DNA from: a virus
DNA: 64,000 nt
Strand: one strand, 5' to 3'
Virus record (IMG/VR): IMGVR_UViG_3300042884_001293
Span: 1 to 64,000 of that record
Numbering within the stretch: the first letter of the stretch is position 1; each line of letters opens with the position of its first letter. The notes below the pieces were generated by a model. That model was not told where the DNA came from. It made no database searches and was given only the letters and a program-made list of their open reading frames with translations. A program made the translations under genes and the position numbers. Positions 62,419-64,000 of the stretch are shown one piece after another.

Positions 62419-62446
62419 AGCCGTTGCACTCGCGACGGCTTTTTTT
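62419..62446 (+). terminator. rho-independent terminator of the cas-like operon
   Basis: AGCCGT-TGCACTCGCG-ACGGCT followed by TTTTTT. Confidence 0.65.
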
Positions 62447-62460
62447 GTGTCTATAAAAAT

Positions 62461-62535
62461 AGTTTGGTTTTGCTATTGACAAAACCTATAGGTCGATCAA
62501 TAATAGGTTATTGAGTTAAACAAAGGAACAAAGCA
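62461..62535 (+). promoter_or_regulatory. promoter family B, copy c
   Basis: TTGACA (62476-62481), 17 nt, AATAAT (62499-62504). The palindrome ACCTATAGGT lies in the spacer. Leader is GAGTTAAACAAAGG. Confidence 0.6.
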
Positions 62536-63210
62536 ATGCTACTAGGTAATCTTGATCTTGAATGCGGCGAAGACCCTTCGTGGTCTGTGTCAACAGATAT
62601 TTTTGTTGACGAGGATAGTCTGAAGATCTCCAATATTCCATATACCATCAACGAAGAGGGGGTATATCAACTCCTTGCTTTGTTAGAGGATCACGGGATT
62701 GAGCCCGTCGAAGCGTTTGAAGATTGGCAAGAAGGCTGCATGGAATTGTCCTTTCATGTAGCTCCAATTCTTTCGGGAGTTGACGCTACACAGGGTCAAC
62801 TCTTGGAAAAAGCAATCTCCACAACTGTTAAATGCTGGGAAGACGAGTTCGGAAACGACAAGCTAGATCCCGCCTCGTCTGACTGGGTTGACGAGACATA
62901 CATTGAGGGGATAGAGGAAACCCCTCTGATCAGGGAGCGCTTTAATATTGAAGTGCTTCTAAAAATAGGCACAGATGATGCCTTGTCAGCTTATTATTGG
63001 GAGTTTTTAAAGGAAAGGGTTACTATCCAAGAAGTGTGGATCGCCGATCACTATCCATCGGATGGCAATATCCCATTGACAGTTCATTTTATGTCTGATG
63101 GATCTGCTATCGTTTTGAATCCTCTAACAGGGGATGAATTTTATCCAACTGTTAGAGGATTTAATGAAGCTTACGCTGAATTTGATTACGATTGGAAAGT
63201 AGATGCCTAG
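62536..63210 (+). CDS. hypothetical acidic protein
   Basis: ORF track; behind promoter B copy c. Confidence 0.55.
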   Translation: MLLGNLDLECGEDPSWSVSTDIFVDEDSLKISNIPYTINEEGVYQLLALLEDHGIEPVEAFEDWQEGCMELSFHVAPILSGVDATQGQLLEKAISTTVKCWEDEFGNDKLDPASSDWVDETYIEGIEETPLIRERFNIEVLLKIGTDDALSAYYWEFLKERVTIQEVWIADHYPSDGNIPLTVHFMSDGSAIVLNPLTGDEFYPTVRGFNEAYAEFDYDWKVDA

Positions 63211-63517
63211 AGGAGGCAACCATGGAGGCGGTAGACCTAAGAAACCGCCCGAAATAAAGGCTAAGACATATTCCTACTGTTTTAGCCCAATCTTAGGAGA
63301 TGCGATCGCCGCTATTGGTGACAACGCATCGCAGTCAATCCAAGCAATTGTGCTTAAGCATTTTGGGATTACTCCCTTGCAATGGGAGATATACACAACT
63401 TGGATCGAGTGCGATCGCAAGGTCATCGCAACAGCCGAAAAGCTAGGGCGCGATCCTGAGAACATCAGGCAAGTCGTTGCAAAGGTTGAACGGAAATTAG
63501 AGCAGGGCAAGAGTTGA
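63203..63517 (+). CDS. hypothetical DNA-binding-like protein
   Basis: 'MPRGGNHGGGRPKKPPEIKAKTYSYCFSP' is an RHH-like N-terminus. Confidence 0.4.
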   Translation: MPRGGNHGGGRPKKPPEIKAKTYSYCFSPILGDAIAAIGDNASQSIQAIVLKHFGITPLQWEIYTTWIECDRKVIATAEKLGRDPENIRQVVAKVERKLEQGKS

Positions 63518-63557
63518 GGAAAATTGAGCGCGAGATTAAAAAATTACAGGTGAAATC

Positions 63558-63899
63558 ATGAAGCATGAATCTTTATTGCTGGACGAGCAAAAGTGTAAAC
63601 TCCTTACACAAGATGAGCAAAATCAAATTATGAGTGATTTGATTGAGTATTTAGAGTCGCTAGATCCTAGTGACTATTCGTTTCATGGCGAAAACGAGTA
63701 TGGTTTCCAGATGTCAATTAGTGAATGTAGAGGCTATAGATTCTCTATTGATCTTTGCTGGGATAGTAAAAACTTATGGTGCTATCGGAATTTTGGATAT
63801 GTACATCCTAATTTAGCAACTGTCTCTGGTGAATTGAGGAATGCGCTTATTAACAGACTTGGCGCAATAGCTATGAAATGGTGCGGAGTGAAATCATGA
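63558..63899 (+). CDS. hypothetical protein
   Basis: ORF track. Confidence 0.5.
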   Translation: MKHESLLLDEQKCKLLTQDEQNQIMSDLIEYLESLDPSDYSFHGENEYGFQMSISECRGYRFSIDLCWDSKNLWCYRNFGYVHPNLATVSGELRNALINRLGAIAMKWCGVKS

Positions 63900-64000
63900 G
63901 TAATCCAATTCTTAGAGGTGTCGCACTATCCACTGAGTTTTATAGAAGCCACCGACTTGAAAACTATAAAACTGATGAAGGGCAAGCTATCAGAGTACTT
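63896..64000 (+). CDS. hypothetical protein (5' partial, runs off the window)
   Basis: ATGA overlap; the frame stays open to the window end. Confidence 0.35.
   Translation, partial: MSNPILRGVALSTEFYRSHRLENYKTDEGQAIRVL

Noticed and set aside
1-64000. A search by eye for a CRISPR repeat-spacer array to accompany the Cas-like genes.
   Set aside because: No set of three or more regularly spaced 25-40-nt direct repeats is present in any intergenic region. The only reiterated intergenic sequences are the promoter-leader units and HIP1-based hairpins.

Overview
The window looks like most of a tailed, siphovirus-like cyanophage or prophage genome. It is AT-rich and densely packed with short genes. 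It is saturated with the cyanobacterial HIP1 octamer GCGATCGC (for example 30-37 and 1635-1642), which points to a cyanobacterial host. No clearly cellular flanking genes are visible.

Modules I can support:
- Head and packaging (21-5450): portal-like ORF, scaffold-like ORF, TerL, TerS-like ORF.
- Minus-strand DNA-modification block (5508-11191): radical SAM, two ParB-like paralogs, a Mom-like gene and a Csf1-like zinc protein.
- An array of small genes driven by three copies of one promoter (11437-17158), plus a RusA-like resolvase and a tRNA-Pro.
- Tail module (18158-38274): major tail protein, chaperone with a lambda-type G GGA AAG -1 frameshift, and a 1.3-kaa tape measure. A 5.3-kb antisense island that starts with an HNH endonuclease interrupts it.
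- A membrane-protein and FtsK-like ATPase block (39248-42764).
- A 0.7-kb non-coding region (43072-43798).
- An XRE-led nuclease/membrane operon and a divergent switch region (44491-47580).
- C5-methyltransferase, dCTP-deaminase-like and P-loop genes.

The most interesting locus is a tightly coupled operon at 57707-62446. It encodes Cas7-, Cas5- and Cas6(Cmx6)-like proteins with a CysH/PAPS-reductase-like protein, a Coq4-like protein and a GIY-YIG nuclease. There is no CRISPR array and no adaptation or nuclease-helicase genes, so it resembles a phage-borne type IV-B-like system.

I could not recognise a major capsid protein, endolysin, integrase or DNA polymerase in this window.
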